A DNA stretch of 64,000 nt from an uncultured Candidatus Binatia bacterium (GTDB lineage: Bacteria > Desulfobacterota > Binatia > UBA9968 > JAJDTQ01): NCBI GenBank assembly GCA_965213675.1, contig OZ243916.1, positions 1,760,001-1,824,000 of the forward strand, read 5' to 3'. This document shows positions 10,101 to 19,539 of this stretch, piece after piece. The position numbers and the translations under genes are program-made. The notes under the pieces are model-generated. The model ran no database searches and was not told the origin of the DNA. It was given only the letters and a program-made list of their open reading frames with translations. The first letter of the stretch is position 1. Every line of letters begins with the position of its first letter.

Positions 10101-11166
10101 TAGACGTAACCGTGACGTGCCCCGGTATCCTCGTGTGCTCGAACCCCGTCAAGATCGGGGTGTTGTCATGCTTTACAAGAACCGTTCCCCCGTTGAGGTT
10201 TCGATGAATCATGGGTTGGTCGGCCGTGCCGGCTTCATGCATCTCACGCAAGGCCGTCAGGGCTTGACGTGCGAAGCTCAGGCGGCCATTCACGTTCCAG
10301 GAGTGGTCGGCAGACCTTTCTTCAAGGGTGGGTGTTGCCGGATCAGCAATAGTGAAGAATTTGACCTCACCCGTGAATCCGCGAGCGTCCTGGAAAGAAT
10401 CGACGATGCGTGGCGCCCAAGCGTACTGTTGCAACCGGCGTAGAGCCTCCCACTCCCGTTCCGCTTTCTTGGCGGCATTCGCTTCGTCGCTGTCCGTCAT
10501 ATCGTAAAGATGGAGGATCACGCGCTCTTGCCGTGCCGAATGCGTCGCCTTGTAGACTCGGTGGAATCGCTCCGTTGCAGGCGATTGCAGTACGAGGTGC
10601 GTATAACCGTCAAGATTCTTTATCTGGCCATCCATCGCCACAACGTTCCGCGGCGTCAATGTTCGTCCCAAGGCACTGATCTGCTCCGGCGACAGTATAC
10701 TAGGCAGTTCCAACCCCACTGCATCGCGCCAAGTGTTGAACGTGTGGAATGAAACGCCATGAATGGGCTCTCTTGCCTCAAGGGTCTTGACTTTCGAAGC
10801 GTCCTCCGTGACCAGAAACACACCATCCACACGGGGAAGATGCGGCACCTTTCGCCGCAGGGCCGTACCCATCTTCCGTGCCTTGCTGGTTACCCGATCC
10901 GCTTCTTGTTCGACGGCTTGAGGGTGCCGATTGACCCACGCCGCCGTCCAATGTTTGACTTCGATGACGCGGACTCCGGGAGGACCGATTACGACGATAT
11001 CAATCTCGTCAGACTGAAGCCGTTCATTAACGGAGAAGAGCAAGTTCGTAAGCAACAACCAATTGCCATCACCCTCGTGGCCAATCAAGCGAGTCTTGAG
11101 TTGCGCAATGGCTCGGCGTTCGCTTTCGTTGACGGCCGGGCCGCAGGGAATTATATCTGTCTTCAT
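7105..11166 (-). CDS. mad6: MAD6-like NERD nuclease + two Ser/Thr kinase domains + DndF-like P-loop ATPase
   Basis: NERD motif DEIDIVVIGPPGVRVIEVKHW; kinase 1 degenerate (IHRNLN, TGFE); kinase 2 with LGSGGVGTTY, VAK, HGDVSPRN, TDYD; P-loop VILCGNAGDGKT plus LLAINDGRL; Cys cluster CHTCSSQDRC. Likely start ATG 11166 (ORF is open to 11196). Confidence 0.75.
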   Translation of the reverse strand: MKTDIIPCGPAVNESERRAIAQLKTRLIGHEGDGNWLLLTNLLFSVNERLQSDEIDIVVIGPPGVRVIEVKHWTAAWVNRHPQAVEQEADRVTSKARKMGTALRRKVPHLPRVDGVFLVTEDASKVKTLEAREPIHGVSFHTFNTWRDAVGLELPSILSPEQISALGRTLTPRNVVAMDGQIKNLDGYTHLVLQSPATERFHRVYKATHSARQERVILHLYDMTDSDEANAAKKAEREWEALRRLQQYAWAPRIVDSFQDARGFTGEVKFFTIADPATPTLEERSADHSWNVNGRLSFARQALTALREMHEAGTADQPMIHRNLNGGTVLVKHDNTPILTGFEHTRIPGHVTVTSTSELAAEDRESTTAPEVRSHGKGVANQRSDVFSLCATLSTLFHDEPDDIGISVAAVLDKGLAEASEARSSLSDLEAALSKVSGHGECDTPPPASRYWTEDQVIPFRGQQYRIVSRLGSGGVGTTYKVTGIHRETKDELGTYVAKVVRDEVTGRRVARAHELARSHLRHTALSTIFEVAPEWQDNGFVALLTWVEGMPLSEYTGVLPILADDLGDVSGEGLAIQWLRVACEALGTLHGNGLVHGDVSPRNLIVSGHELVLTDYDCVTKIGAQAEMPGTMLYCAPYGSQGRVSTPSDDLYALAASFFHVLLDREPFQYDGGLAKERGLKWQGSEREEFPMLAAFLDRATDPDPARRFGNTADALAALSEQADRGESSGSSVAQEDGDGVDATARTDRGTPSVALPTQRQENEVPWLKSLLQSYPGSRWGNSETRGLDSEFAVGTYVETRLEQALYRAVQDRQVSLVILCGNAGDGKTALLQYLAREFGLGTQTSASRILTGTLSNTLTVRLNLDGSASWRDRSADEILDEFLEPFQHGRPSEDVAHLLAINDGRLLEWIESVEERGGDTPLTKDLRAFLGGDSVLESPHIRFVNLNLRSLVGSRATDGRSVDDSFLDRLLDSLYGGELAATHWAPCHTCSSQDRCEVFRATRIFGPGELAEGHLRRRARASLFCALQAVHLRGETHITVRELRAALVYVLFGLHYCHDYHAGSNGEDADEKPPPQSYAERAFSPVSTGRQGEVLRDLARFDPGLEAHPRLDRRLLQTLDPEDEERPPHYSGLPLAAARRRAYFEWSETDIQRLTGDPHTLGVARGRHLREFLDLATSDNGDQRRQLTERLCDGISRLETLPREALERETGVPLQITPRTPTETVFWVEKPLDRFRLEVDLPDVGEGVEQLHRQVSLIYVYGNGNEERLRLGAELFHLLLELAEGYQLGDVATDDVFAHLSIFVQRLLQEDDRRMFAWNPMKDTVFEIFVDVDGDAGTTSSQRLVLEPTDS

Positions 11167-11389
11167 CGTGACACCTGCCCCAATGTCCGCGAACAAGTCT
11201 CAATCGTGTTCATGGTCGGTGAACGTAACAGAAGCCGGCAACAGCTATCCACTTGTCCTCCAAACGCCCGTTCCGGTTCCTCCAGTCGAGAAATGGGGCG
11301 CCAGGTCCCATCATTCTGTGTGTTGCCGGACCTGGCTACGCGATGCCGACATCATTGACATCGGGTCATTTCCGTCAGTGGGGTCGCCA

Positions 11390-12358
11390 TCACAGCCCTG
11401 CTGCCATTTCCTTGGCGAAGTAGGTGAGGATCATGTCGGCGCCGGCGCGTTTGATGGACAGGAGGACTTCGGGCACGACGGTGCTTTCGTCGATCCAGCC
11501 GTTGTGGGCGGCGGCCTTGATCATGGCGTATTCGCCGCTGACGTTGTAGGCGGCGGTGGGGTAGGCGAAGCGTTGCTTGACGCGCGCGATGACGTCCAGG
11601 TAGGAGAGCGCGGGCTTGACCATGACGATGTCGGCGCCCTCGGCGATGTCGGCCTCCACCTCGCGCAGCGCCTCGTCGCTGTTGCCCGGGTCCATCTGGT
11701 ACGAGCGGCGGTCGCCGAACCGGGGCGTGGATTCCGCGGCCTCGCGGAACGGACCGTAGAAGCCCGAGGCGTATTTGGCGGCGTAGGCCATGATGACGAC
11801 ATTCTCGAAGCCTTCGCCGTCGAGCGCGCTCCGAATGGCGCCCACGCGGCCGTCCATCATGTCCGACGGGGCCACCACGTCGGCGCCGGCGCGGGCATGG
11901 GACAGCGCTTCCCTGACCAGTAGTTCGAGGGTGTCGTCGTTGTCCACCGCGCCGTCGTGGATGACGCCGCAATGGCCGTGGTCGGTGTACTCGCACAGAC
12001 ACACGTCGGTCATCACCAGCAGGTCCGGGGCCTTGTCCTTGATGGCGCGCACCGCCTGCTGCACCACGCCGTGTTCGGCCCAGGCTTCCGATCCCAAGGG
12101 GTCCTTGGTCTCGGGGATACCGAAAAGAATCACCCCCGGGATGCCCAGGCGCCAGACATGCTCCGCCTCCGCCGCGGCCCGGTCCACGGAGAGTTGCGAC
12201 ACGCCGGGCATGGACGTCACCGGCAGCGCCTGGTCACGGCCCGGACACACGAACAGCGGATAGATGAAGTCGCGGGGGCTGAGGGCGGTCTCGCGCACCA
12301 TGTCCCGCAGCAGGGCGGTGCGCCGGAGCCGTCGCGGCCGGGTAATGGGAAATGCCAT
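11390..12358 (-). CDS. hemB: Porphobilinogen synthase (ALA dehydratase)
   Basis: [13 protein letters not shown] start; [14 protein letters not shown] Zn site, [34 protein letters not shown]. Confidence 0.97.
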   Translation of the reverse strand: MAFPITRPRRLRRTALLRDMVRETALSPRDFIYPLFVCPGRDQALPVTSMPGVSQLSVDRAAAEAEHVWRLGIPGVILFGIPETKDPLGSEAWAEHGVVQQAVRAIKDKAPDLLVMTDVCLCEYTDHGHCGVIHDGAVDNDDTLELLVREALSHARAGADVVAPSDMMDGRVGAIRSALDGEGFENVVIMAYAAKYASGFYGPFREAAESTPRFGDRRSYQMDPGNSDEALREVEADIAEGADIVMVKPALSYLDVIARVKQRFAYPTAAYNVSGEYAMIKAAAHNGWIDESTVVPEVLLSIKRAGADMILTYFAKEMAAGL

Positions 12359-12377
12359 TGGGGCAACTCCTGGAGAG

Positions 12378-15300
12378 CTACCAGCGGGCTGCGGCCTCCA
12401 GCCCGAACATGTGATCCAAACCGGATCCGGCACTGTGCCGGCGCGTGGCCGTGACGTCCCACGAAAGAGCGGAAGCGTGGGTTGCCACCCCCGGCGTCCA
12501 TCGCCAGCCAACGCTGTAATCGCGCGCCGAATCGGAGACACCGAGCCCGACATGCGGGCTGCCGGTGAAGCGGCCGCCGAATACGGGAATACCGTAGGCG
12601 GCTTCCGCAGTCCAGCGGCTGCCGTGGCCTGTACGGTCCGCAAGCGAGCCGGGCGCGAACAGCGCGTCAAGACCGCCTTTGGCTTGGCCGCCAAACTCCT
12701 GGCGCAGGCTGAACGACAGTCCACGCCGCAACGCGGGCTGAGGATCGAAGACCAGCGCAACCGCGACGCCTTGATCCTTCAGGGCATTCGCCTCATGCGT
12801 GATGAGGGTGCGTCCCTCCACGTCAAGCGAAAGGCCGAGACCGGGGTCCGCCCAGGCGAGCCCGCCACCGACTTCCATCCCCAGACCGGTCTCCGCATCG
12901 CCGCCGTCGTAGCGCGCACCCAGAGCCACCTTCGGCGTCAACCGCGCACCGTCCTCGTAGGCCATCGTCCAGCTTCCTTCCAAACCAAGACGGAGTCGGG
13001 AGACATCGGATTCCGCTGCGGCAAGCTCGCGGGTCTTGTCGGACGACGTACGCGCCCACAGTGCATCCGACGTGAGGGCGAGTGCCGCACCGCCCGCGGC
13101 GGCCGGGGGGATCAGGGCGCTGCGCAGACCCGCCGCCATCATGGTCCAGTCGATGTCGGCGGACTTGGCGGCGCTGTCGTGCTTGAGCGAAAGATCCCCC
13201 GCGCCGTAGCCAGCGGCCCCCCAGAGCTTCAGTCGCTCCGATGCCCGGAACGACGCATAGGGAATGGCGGCAGTCAGCGACGAATCCACCGTCGCCGGAT
13301 GGGGGTCCCCGGCGCGCGCGGCGCCTTGATAGCCCCCTTCGCCATCGCTGTGCGCGAGCGCAAGTCCCACCAGCCAGTGATCCCGCGCGTAGTCGGCCCC
13401 CAGCATGGCGGTTAAGACCTCGCCATCCAGGTCGACGCGCCCGTCTTCGCCGTCGAAGCGACCTTCCGACGCCCGGCCCCAAAAGGCCACGCTCCCCCCC
13501 GCCGCGTCCGGCTTACCGGTCAGCGCGAAGCGGCTCCCGAGCAGCGGATTCCGGTCCATCCCCGCGGCGTCCGCGCCAAAGCCATGGCCGAACGCGTCGA
13601 AGCGCTCCGCGGTCCCGATGTGGAAGCCTGAAGCAGCGCCGGACGGCGCCGCCACCCCGGGCCGAACCCCGGACAGGCTGCCCGTTCCGCCGTTGCCACG
13701 CGCCGCCGCTGCGCCGGCGGCCGTTCTGAACGTCTGTCCCGCAATGCTGCCGTGCGCGCCCGGCGCGCGGGCGGCCTCGAGGCGCCCCGTGATGCCGTCG
13801 AGCGCCTGCTCCGCCACCGTGCGCCCGAAACGGGCCAGCCACGCCTTCGGCATCGAGTCCGTGTTGACAATGGTGCCTATGCCGATGCGGTCCGCGATGG
13901 TCGCCCCCTCCGGGCTGCTGAGCACCAATCGAAAGGTCTCGCCCGGATCGTCGTGGTCGTCGTCGATGATGCCCACCGCCACCGATTTCAGACTCTCCCC
14001 GCCTTGAAAGGTCAGGGTGCCGTACGTGATGGAGAAATCCTCGCTCATCCTGGCACTGCCGCTCTGGGTGCTGTAGTGCACCCGGACGGCGCCCAAGTCG
14101 GGCGCCGGGGGATCGAGGGTCACGTCGAACCACATCTGCCCGTCGGACTCGCTTGCCGTGGCATCCGAAACCGAAAGCGCCGGCAGGGCCTGCGGCGCGC
14201 CGTCGTTGTCGTAGACGATCACGGATGCCGTGTACGGCGTGTGCAACAGATACCCGTCGCCGTCGCTGACTTGCACGACCACGGTCACCGGGCCGGAGGT
14301 CTCTTCGACGGCGTCATCCACCGTTGCCACGGTGAAGGTCTGCACGTCGCTTTCGATGACCGCGGCCTGTCTGCCGATCCCCCGGAACAGGACCGTTTGC
14401 GGGCCCTCATCGGCCGCGGCGACAAAATCTCCGTCCTCATTGTCACCATCCGATTCGGCGGCGTCGCTGATGAGGACCTTGATCTCGAGGTCCTCCGTCA
14501 ACGGCGGACGGGCCTCGAGCATGAAGGTTGCGGGCTCACCCTCCGTGACCGCGGCCTGGGCGCTGATGGTGATGACCGGTGTTCCCGGAACCACGTCCCA
14601 CGGATCCGGCAGAATCGTGCCCACCGCCAGGCCATTGGCGATCTCGGCTCCGTCCACCCTGACGATCCTGAGCCCAAACGTCTCGGGCGCCTTCTCGTCC
14701 TCATCATCATCGATGATCCGAACCCCGGCGTAGGCTTCCGTCTCACCGGGCGAGAAGACGACATAGCTGGAGACCCGGCCCCCCGACAGTTCGTAATCCT
14801 CTCCCGGCGTCGCCGGCCGGGCGCCAGGCGTCTCCGGCGTGGTGTACAGGGTGTACCGGACTGTCACCCGACCCGCGGACGGACGGCTGAGTGTCACCGG
14901 AAAACGCATCTGCGAATAGCTGTCACGGTCGCCTTCCACGAGGGTCGCATCCGCCACGGACACCGACAGATCCTCGTCTCCGACATCATTGTCGTTGATC
15001 AGCACCGTCGCGGAATCGGGGAAACCCACCAGGTAGCCTTGTCCCTCATCCACGCTTGCGGTGAGCGAACCATCATACTCGTCCACCTCGTCATCCTGCG
15101 TGGGAACTTCGAGCACGCCCGTACCGCTTGAGTCGATGATGGCGGTCACCGGGCTGGACAAATCGCCGTCATGGACGAACGAGTTGCGTTGCGAGAGGGT
15201 CAACAGCACTACGAGATCCGCCGCGGGAGCGGGGATCGCGCTCAGCGAAAACGTGGCCGTTTCGCCTTCGATGATGGTCGGTCCCGAATCAATGCTCACC

Positions 15301-17714
15301 AGGGGCGTATGGCTGTCGCCATCGATCACACGGATGGTCCCGCCCATCGGAGAGCCGATCACGTAGGCCGCGCCGGTCAACAGACTGGCGCTGACCGTCC
15401 CGCTCATCTCGTCCGCATCGGTATCGGTGCCGACGGCAAGCGTGCCGGTCCCGTCGCTGCCGATGGTCACCGTCCGGATGCCCGTCTCACCGGAACCCGC
15501 CACGCCGCCGCGGTCGCTGACGTGGACGCGGACGTCGATGGTGGTTGCCGGCGCCGGGCTGGCGGTGAGCGCAAAGCTCGCGGTCTCGCCCTCGATGACG
15601 TCCGCGCCCGGGACGATGCGGATCCGCGGCGTCGGCGCGCCGCCATCGGTGACATCCACGCGCGCCGAAGTCGGGGCCACGCGCTCGTACCCGTCCCCGG
15701 TCCGCAGCTCAGCCGTAATCGTCCCATCGTTTTCGTCCACATCGTCCGGCTCTGTCACCACGGTCAGAACACCGGCGCCATCCGTACCGATGGTGACCGT
15801 CTTCGAGCCGGTCTGACCCGAGGCCGCGAACGAACCCGAGGCGGCCACCTGCACGTTCACCACCAGCGGACTCGCGGGAGGAGGACTGGCCGTGAGCGCA
15901 AAGGATGCGCTTTCCCCCTCTTGTATGCCGGGTCCAGCGGCAATGCTGACTCTCGGCGTCTGCGCGCCGCCGTCGGTGACGTCCACGCGCGCCGACGCGG
16001 GCGATCCAAGCGCGTAGCGTTCGCCCATCTTGACGATGCGCACCGTGACGTGGCCATCCGGGTCGTCCACATCGTCGGCATCCGTAAGCACGGAAACGTC
16101 GCCCCAACCGCTCGAATAGACGGTGACAATCTTGCGGCCCCCCTGGCCACGGGCCAGCAGGGCGCCACTATCCACCACATCCACCGCAACTTGCAGGTTG
16201 CTGCTGGGCTTGGGGTTGGCCCACACGTGGAAGTTGGCCGTGCCCCCCTCCCAGATGGGCGGCCCCGCGGTGATGGTGAGCCGCGGCGTGGGCGCGCCGC
16301 CATCGGTGACGTCCACCGCCGCGGAAGCCGGCGAGCCCACCGTATAGCCAGGCCCGCCGGCGAGGGTCGCCGTGAGGGTGCCATCGGCCTCATCCCGGTC
16401 ATCGCTGGCGGTTCGCACGCTGAGGGTGCCCGTGCCATCCGTGCCAATGGTCACGCTTCTCGTCCCGGTCTGACCGCTGGCCGCGAAACGTCCGTCCTCC
16501 GTGACGCGCACCGACACCACCAGGCTTGTCGCCGGCGCCGGACTTGCCGTCAGTGAAAAGCTGGCCGTGCCGCCCTCGTCAATGTCGCCATTGCCGGTGA
16601 TGCTGATTCGCGGCGTGGGCGCGCCGCCATCCGAAACCGCCACCGTCGCGGTGCCTGGGTTGCCCACGCCATACCGGTGAGCGCGAACGACGCTGGCCGT
16701 GATCACGCTGTCGGCTTCATCGACACTGTCCCGCTCGGTCCGGACGCGCAGGGTCCCGCGCCCGTTGCTGCCGATGGTCACCACCCGCCGTCCGGTTTCG
16801 CCGTTGACGGCCATGTCGCCGCTGTCGCTGACATTCACGTCCACGTTCAGGCTTGTCGCGGGTCTCGGGTTCGCCCGGAGAGCGAACGTCGCGGCGCCGC
16901 CCTCCCGGATGGAAGGGCCGGCCGAGATGGTGACCGAAGGTGGATCATTGTCCGTCACAATGATGGTCGCCGAGCCGTAGCCACTGCGGACCGTGTATTT
17001 CGGACTCGCGGTGATGGTCGCGGTGATGGAGCCGTCAAGGTCGTTGACCGCGTTTTCCCGCGTGTAGATGATGACGGTCTTGCGGCCGTCCGGATCCAGG
17101 GTCACGTCCCTTTGGCCCATATCCCTGCCGGTGAAGAAACTGCCCGACTGGGAGATGTTCACCGACACCGTGGCCGCGGCCTTGGGTGTCGCCGAAAGGG
17201 TGAAGAAGACCCGGCCGCCTTCCTTGGCGGAACCGCTCCCGAACAGGGTGATCTCCGGCTTCGCCGCCGAGGGCTCCGGTTTGGGATCCCGGATCGTGCC
17301 GGTGGCCTTGGTGGTGCCGAGTTTCAGGCGACGCGGTCCCGAGAGCACCAACTCGAAGGTCTCATTGCCCTCGTCGAGATCGTCGGCAATGGTCTTGATC
17401 AGAATCTCGGTTTCCTTCTTGCCCGGTGAGAAGGAAGCCGTGTAGCTGGCGTCTTCGTAATCCACGCCGGCGGTCGCGGTGACACCCCGTATCACCCAAC
17501 TGAACTGCGCGGACTGACGGCCCGCCACGGGCTTGTCGAGCGTGGCCACGAAGCCGAGCCAGCCACCCTCCGTGACAGAGGCATCGGAGACGGTGACAAC
17601 CGGCAGGTCTTCATCCGCGGCCCGAACCGGGCCATGCGGAAGGAACAACGCCAGAACGAGCGCCATGACGCCCAGCCTCGACGCAAACCACAACCCCCGA
17701 GCGAATGAATTCAT
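12378..17714 (-). CDS. Large Calx-beta repeat autotransporter / adhesin
   Basis: Signal peptide (…[11 protein letters not shown]); three canonical Calx-beta domains (VSDASVTEG…ATAGVDY…FSPG…[12 protein letters not shown]) and about 8 related ~110-aa repeats; [13 protein letters not shown] linker; C-terminal beta-barrel ending in W. Start could extend to 17750. Confidence 0.85.
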   Translation of the reverse strand: MNSFARGLWFASRLGVMALVLALFLPHGPVRAADEDLPVVTVSDASVTEGGWLGFVATLDKPVAGRQSAQFSWVIRGVTATAGVDYEDASYTASFSPGKKETEILIKTIADDLDEGNETFELVLSGPRRLKLGTTKATGTIRDPKPEPSAAKPEITLFGSGSAKEGGRVFFTLSATPKAAATVSVNISQSGSFFTGRDMGQRDVTLDPDGRKTVIIYTRENAVNDLDGSITATITASPKYTVRSGYGSATIIVTDNDPPSVTISAGPSIREGGAATFALRANPRPATSLNVDVNVSDSGDMAVNGETGRRVVTIGSNGRGTLRVRTERDSVDEADSVITASVVRAHRYGVGNPGTATVAVSDGGAPTPRISITGNGDIDEGGTASFSLTASPAPATSLVVSVRVTEDGRFAASGQTGTRSVTIGTDGTGTLSVRTASDDRDEADGTLTATLAGGPGYTVGSPASAAVDVTDGGAPTPRLTITAGPPIWEGGTANFHVWANPKPSSNLQVAVDVVDSGALLARGQGGRKIVTVYSSGWGDVSVLTDADDVDDPDGHVTVRIVKMGERYALGSPASARVDVTDGGAQTPRVSIAAGPGIQEGESASFALTASPPPASPLVVNVQVAASGSFAASGQTGSKTVTIGTDGAGVLTVVTEPDDVDENDGTITAELRTGDGYERVAPTSARVDVTDGGAPTPRIRIVPGADVIEGETASFALTASPAPATTIDVRVHVSDRGGVAGSGETGIRTVTIGSDGTGTLAVGTDTDADEMSGTVSASLLTGAAYVIGSPMGGTIRVIDGDSHTPLVSIDSGPTIIEGETATFSLSAIPAPAADLVVLLTLSQRNSFVHDGDLSSPVTAIIDSSGTGVLEVPTQDDEVDEYDGSLTASVDEGQGYLVGFPDSATVLINDNDVGDEDLSVSVADATLVEGDRDSYSQMRFPVTLSRPSAGRVTVRYTLYTTPETPGARPATPGEDYELSGGRVSSYVVFSPGETEAYAGVRIIDDDEDEKAPETFGLRIVRVDGAEIANGLAVGTILPDPWDVVPGTPVITISAQAAVTEGEPATFMLEARPPLTEDLEIKVLISDAAESDGDNEDGDFVAAADEGPQTVLFRGIGRQAAVIESDVQTFTVATVDDAVEETSGPVTVVVQVSDGDGYLLHTPYTASVIVYDNDGAPQALPALSVSDATASESDGQMWFDVTLDPPAPDLGAVRVHYSTQSGSARMSEDFSITYGTLTFQGGESLKSVAVGIIDDDHDDPGETFRLVLSSPEGATIADRIGIGTIVNTDSMPKAWLARFGRTVAEQALDGITGRLEAARAPGAHGSIAGQTFRTAAGAAAARGNGGTGSLSGVRPGVAAPSGAASGFHIGTAERFDAFGHGFGADAAGMDRNPLLGSRFALTGKPDAAGGSVAFWGRASEGRFDGEDGRVDLDGEVLTAMLGADYARDHWLVGLALAHSDGEGGYQGAARAGDPHPATVDSSLTAAIPYASFRASERLKLWGAAGYGAGDLSLKHDSAAKSADIDWTMMAAGLRSALIPPAAAGGAALALTSDALWARTSSDKTRELAAAESDVSRLRLGLEGSWTMAYEDGARLTPKVALGARYDGGDAETGLGMEVGGGLAWADPGLGLSLDVEGRTLITHEANALKDQGVAVALVFDPQPALRRGLSFSLRQEFGGQAKGGLDALFAPGSLADRTGHGSRWTAEAAYGIPVFGGRFTGSPHVGLGVSDSARDYSVGWRWTPGVATHASALSWDVTATRRHSAGSGLDHMFGLEAAARW

Positions 17715-17786
17715 ACGGACCCCTCGTACAAGATTCCCAATATATTCCAAATAGTTGAGCGTACAATGCTAAAGTAGCACGAACGC

Positions 17787-18602
17787 TCATGGGATGGAAC
17801 GCACGGCCGCACTGTCCGAGAGCGCCTGAATGAGGCCGGGGATGGTGTATTCCTGCGCCACCGCAGCCACGTCCAGGCCGCGGCCGCGGGCGGCGTCGGC
17901 GGTGATGGGACCGATGCAGGCAACCCGCACAGCGGCGGGGATACTCGCGTTCACCCCAACGAGCAGGTCCATGAAGGCATTCACGGTGCTGGGACTGGTG
18001 AACGTGGCCCAGTCCACCTGGCCCAGGACTTCCAGCAGGCGCCCGGCGCCGCGGCCCACGGCCTCGTTGCGGTAGGCTTCCACCACGTCCACTTGCGCGC
18101 CCCAGCGGCGGAGGGTATCCGGCAGCACGTCCCGCGCTCCGGCGACACGGGGGAGCAGGAACCGCCGGCCGCGAGCCCGCTCGGCGCCAAGGGCCGACAG
18201 GATGCCCTCGGCGCGGTATTCCCGGGGCACGAGGCTCACCGCCAGTCCTCGCTCCTCCAGCAGGCGGGCGGTCTGCGGACCGATGGCCGCGATGGCGAGC
18301 CCGCGCAGGCCGTCCATGCACGCGAGGGCTTCACAGCGGGCAAGGAAGTGACGGACCCCGTTGGCGCTGGTAAAGACCAGCCAGTCCTGTTCCGGCAAAC
18401 CGCGGATGGCGCGGTCGAGGTCGGCGCTGTCCGCCAGCGGCAGGATCGCCACCGTGGGGAAGACCACGGCGCGCGCGCCCAGAGCCTCCACGCCGCGCAC
18501 GAAGGCGCCGGCCTGCTCCCGCGGCCGCGTGATGAGGATGCGTTGTCCGGACAGCGGAGCGCCGGCCGGTGTGGACGATCCGGGCTGCGCGGCATCGCTC
18601 AT
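17787..18602 (-). CDS. hemD: Uroporphyrinogen-III synthase
   Basis: ILITRPREQA, WLVFTSANGV, AIGPQTA, FTSPSTV, CIGPITA; ATG 18602 overlaps the hemC stop. Confidence 0.93.
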   Translation of the reverse strand: MSDAAQPGSSTPAGAPLSGQRILITRPREQAGAFVRGVEALGARAVVFPTVAILPLADSADLDRAIRGLPEQDWLVFTSANGVRHFLARCEALACMDGLRGLAIAAIGPQTARLLEERGLAVSLVPREYRAEGILSALGAERARGRRFLLPRVAGARDVLPDTLRRWGAQVDVVEAYRNEAVGRGAGRLLEVLGQVDWATFTSPSTVNAFMDLLVGVNASIPAAVRVACIGPITADAARGRGLDVAAVAQEYTIPGLIQALSDSAAVRSIP

Positions 18603-19510
18603 GGCCGCGCCTCCCGCAAAACGGCGGCCGCCCCCTCGGCGAGCAGGCGTTCCGCCAGCCGTGTCCCCAGCGCGGCGGCGTCCGCGGGCGCTCCCGACAA
18701 TTCGCCTCGGAAAACCCGCTTGCCGGAAACCTCCGCCACCATGCCGGCAAGGGCAAGGCGGTCGCCCCGCGCCACGGCGCGCGCGCCCACGGGCGCCTGG
18801 CAACCTCCCTCCAGGCGCGCCAGAAAGGCGCGCTCCGCGGTCACTTCCGCCGCCGACGGCCCGTGGTCGAGAAAGCGCAGGCGCGCCACCTCGCCGTGGC
18901 GCGTCTCCAGGCCCAGCGCGCCCTGGGCCACGGCGCTCATGCAGGTTTCCGGCGGCAGCGCCTGCGTGGCCTCGTGGGCCCGCCCCAGGCGCTTGAGTCC
19001 GGCCAGCGCCAGCACCAGGGCATCCACCTCGCCGCGCGCGAGCCTGGCCATGCGTGTGCCGACGTTTCCCCGGATGGGCGCCACGGTGAGGTCTGGGCGC
19101 TGGTGCAGCAACTGCGCGCGCCGCCGGAGACTGCCCGTGCCGATGCGCGCCCCGGCCGGAAGCCCGGCAAGGCTCCCCGCGACCCGGCTCACCAGCGCGT
19201 CCGCCGGGTCCTCACGCTCTGGCACCGCGGCGATGGCCAACCCTTGGGGAAGCTCGGTGGGCAGGTCCTTCATGGAATGCACCGCGACGTCGATGTCGCC
19301 GCGCAGCAGCGCCTCTTCGATCTCCTTGATGAACACGCCCTTGGCGCCGATCCGCTCGATGGGAACGTTCTGGAAGCGGTCTCCGCTGGTGCGGATGGGG
19401 ACGATTTCCACCACGGCTTGTGGACGCCGCTCGCGGATGCGCGCCTGAACCCATTCCGCCTGAACCAGGGCCAGGGGGCTCCGCCGGGTGCCGATACGAA
19501 ATCTGTTCAT
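18599..19510 (-). CDS. hemC: Hydroxymethylbilane synthase (porphobilinogen deaminase)
   Basis: IGTRRSPLALVQA, GKGxF-like GAKGVFIKEIE, AVHSMKDLP, GTGSLRRRAQL, LEGGCQAP. Confidence 0.97.
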   Translation of the reverse strand: MNRFRIGTRRSPLALVQAEWVQARIRERRPQAVVEIVPIRTSGDRFQNVPIERIGAKGVFIKEIEEALLRGDIDVAVHSMKDLPTELPQGLAIAAVPEREDPADALVSRVAGSLAGLPAGARIGTGSLRRRAQLLHQRPDLTVAPIRGNVGTRMARLARGEVDALVLALAGLKRLGRAHEATQALPPETCMSAVAQGALGLETRHGEVARLRFLDHGPSAAEVTAERAFLARLEGGCQAPVGARAVARGDRLALAGMVAEVSGKRVFRGELSGAPADAAALGTRLAERLLAEGAAAVLREARP

Positions 19511-19539
19511 GTCGTGGTCGGGATGCCTTTCCGCCCGCG

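Larger units (their letters stand above)
1..11389. mobile_element. Putative horizontally acquired defence island (left end outside the window)
   Basis: Visibly more A/T and more A/T-ending codons than the region from 11390 onward; defence-type cargo; abrupt change at the hemB stop. No integrase or tRNA seen. Confidence 0.5.

Noticed and set aside
7105-11166. BREX/Pgl system (pglW)
   Set aside because: Only the NERD-kinase head resembles PglW; the C-terminus is a DndF-like P-loop and no pglX, pglY or pglZ is seen.
268-11166. Complete Dnd phosphorothioation system
   Set aside because: No dndA/B/C/D/E-like genes in the window, and canonical DndF lacks the NERD-kinase extension.
11197-11389. 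tRNA / attachment site at the island edge
   Set aside because: No cloverleaf, T-loop GTTCGA or CCA end is recognisable, and no partner direct repeat is visible in the window.
17765-17782. CIRCE element
   Set aside because: TGCTAAAGTAGCA contains only fragments of the motif, with the wrong arrangement and spacing versus TTAGCACTC-N9-GAGTGCTAA.
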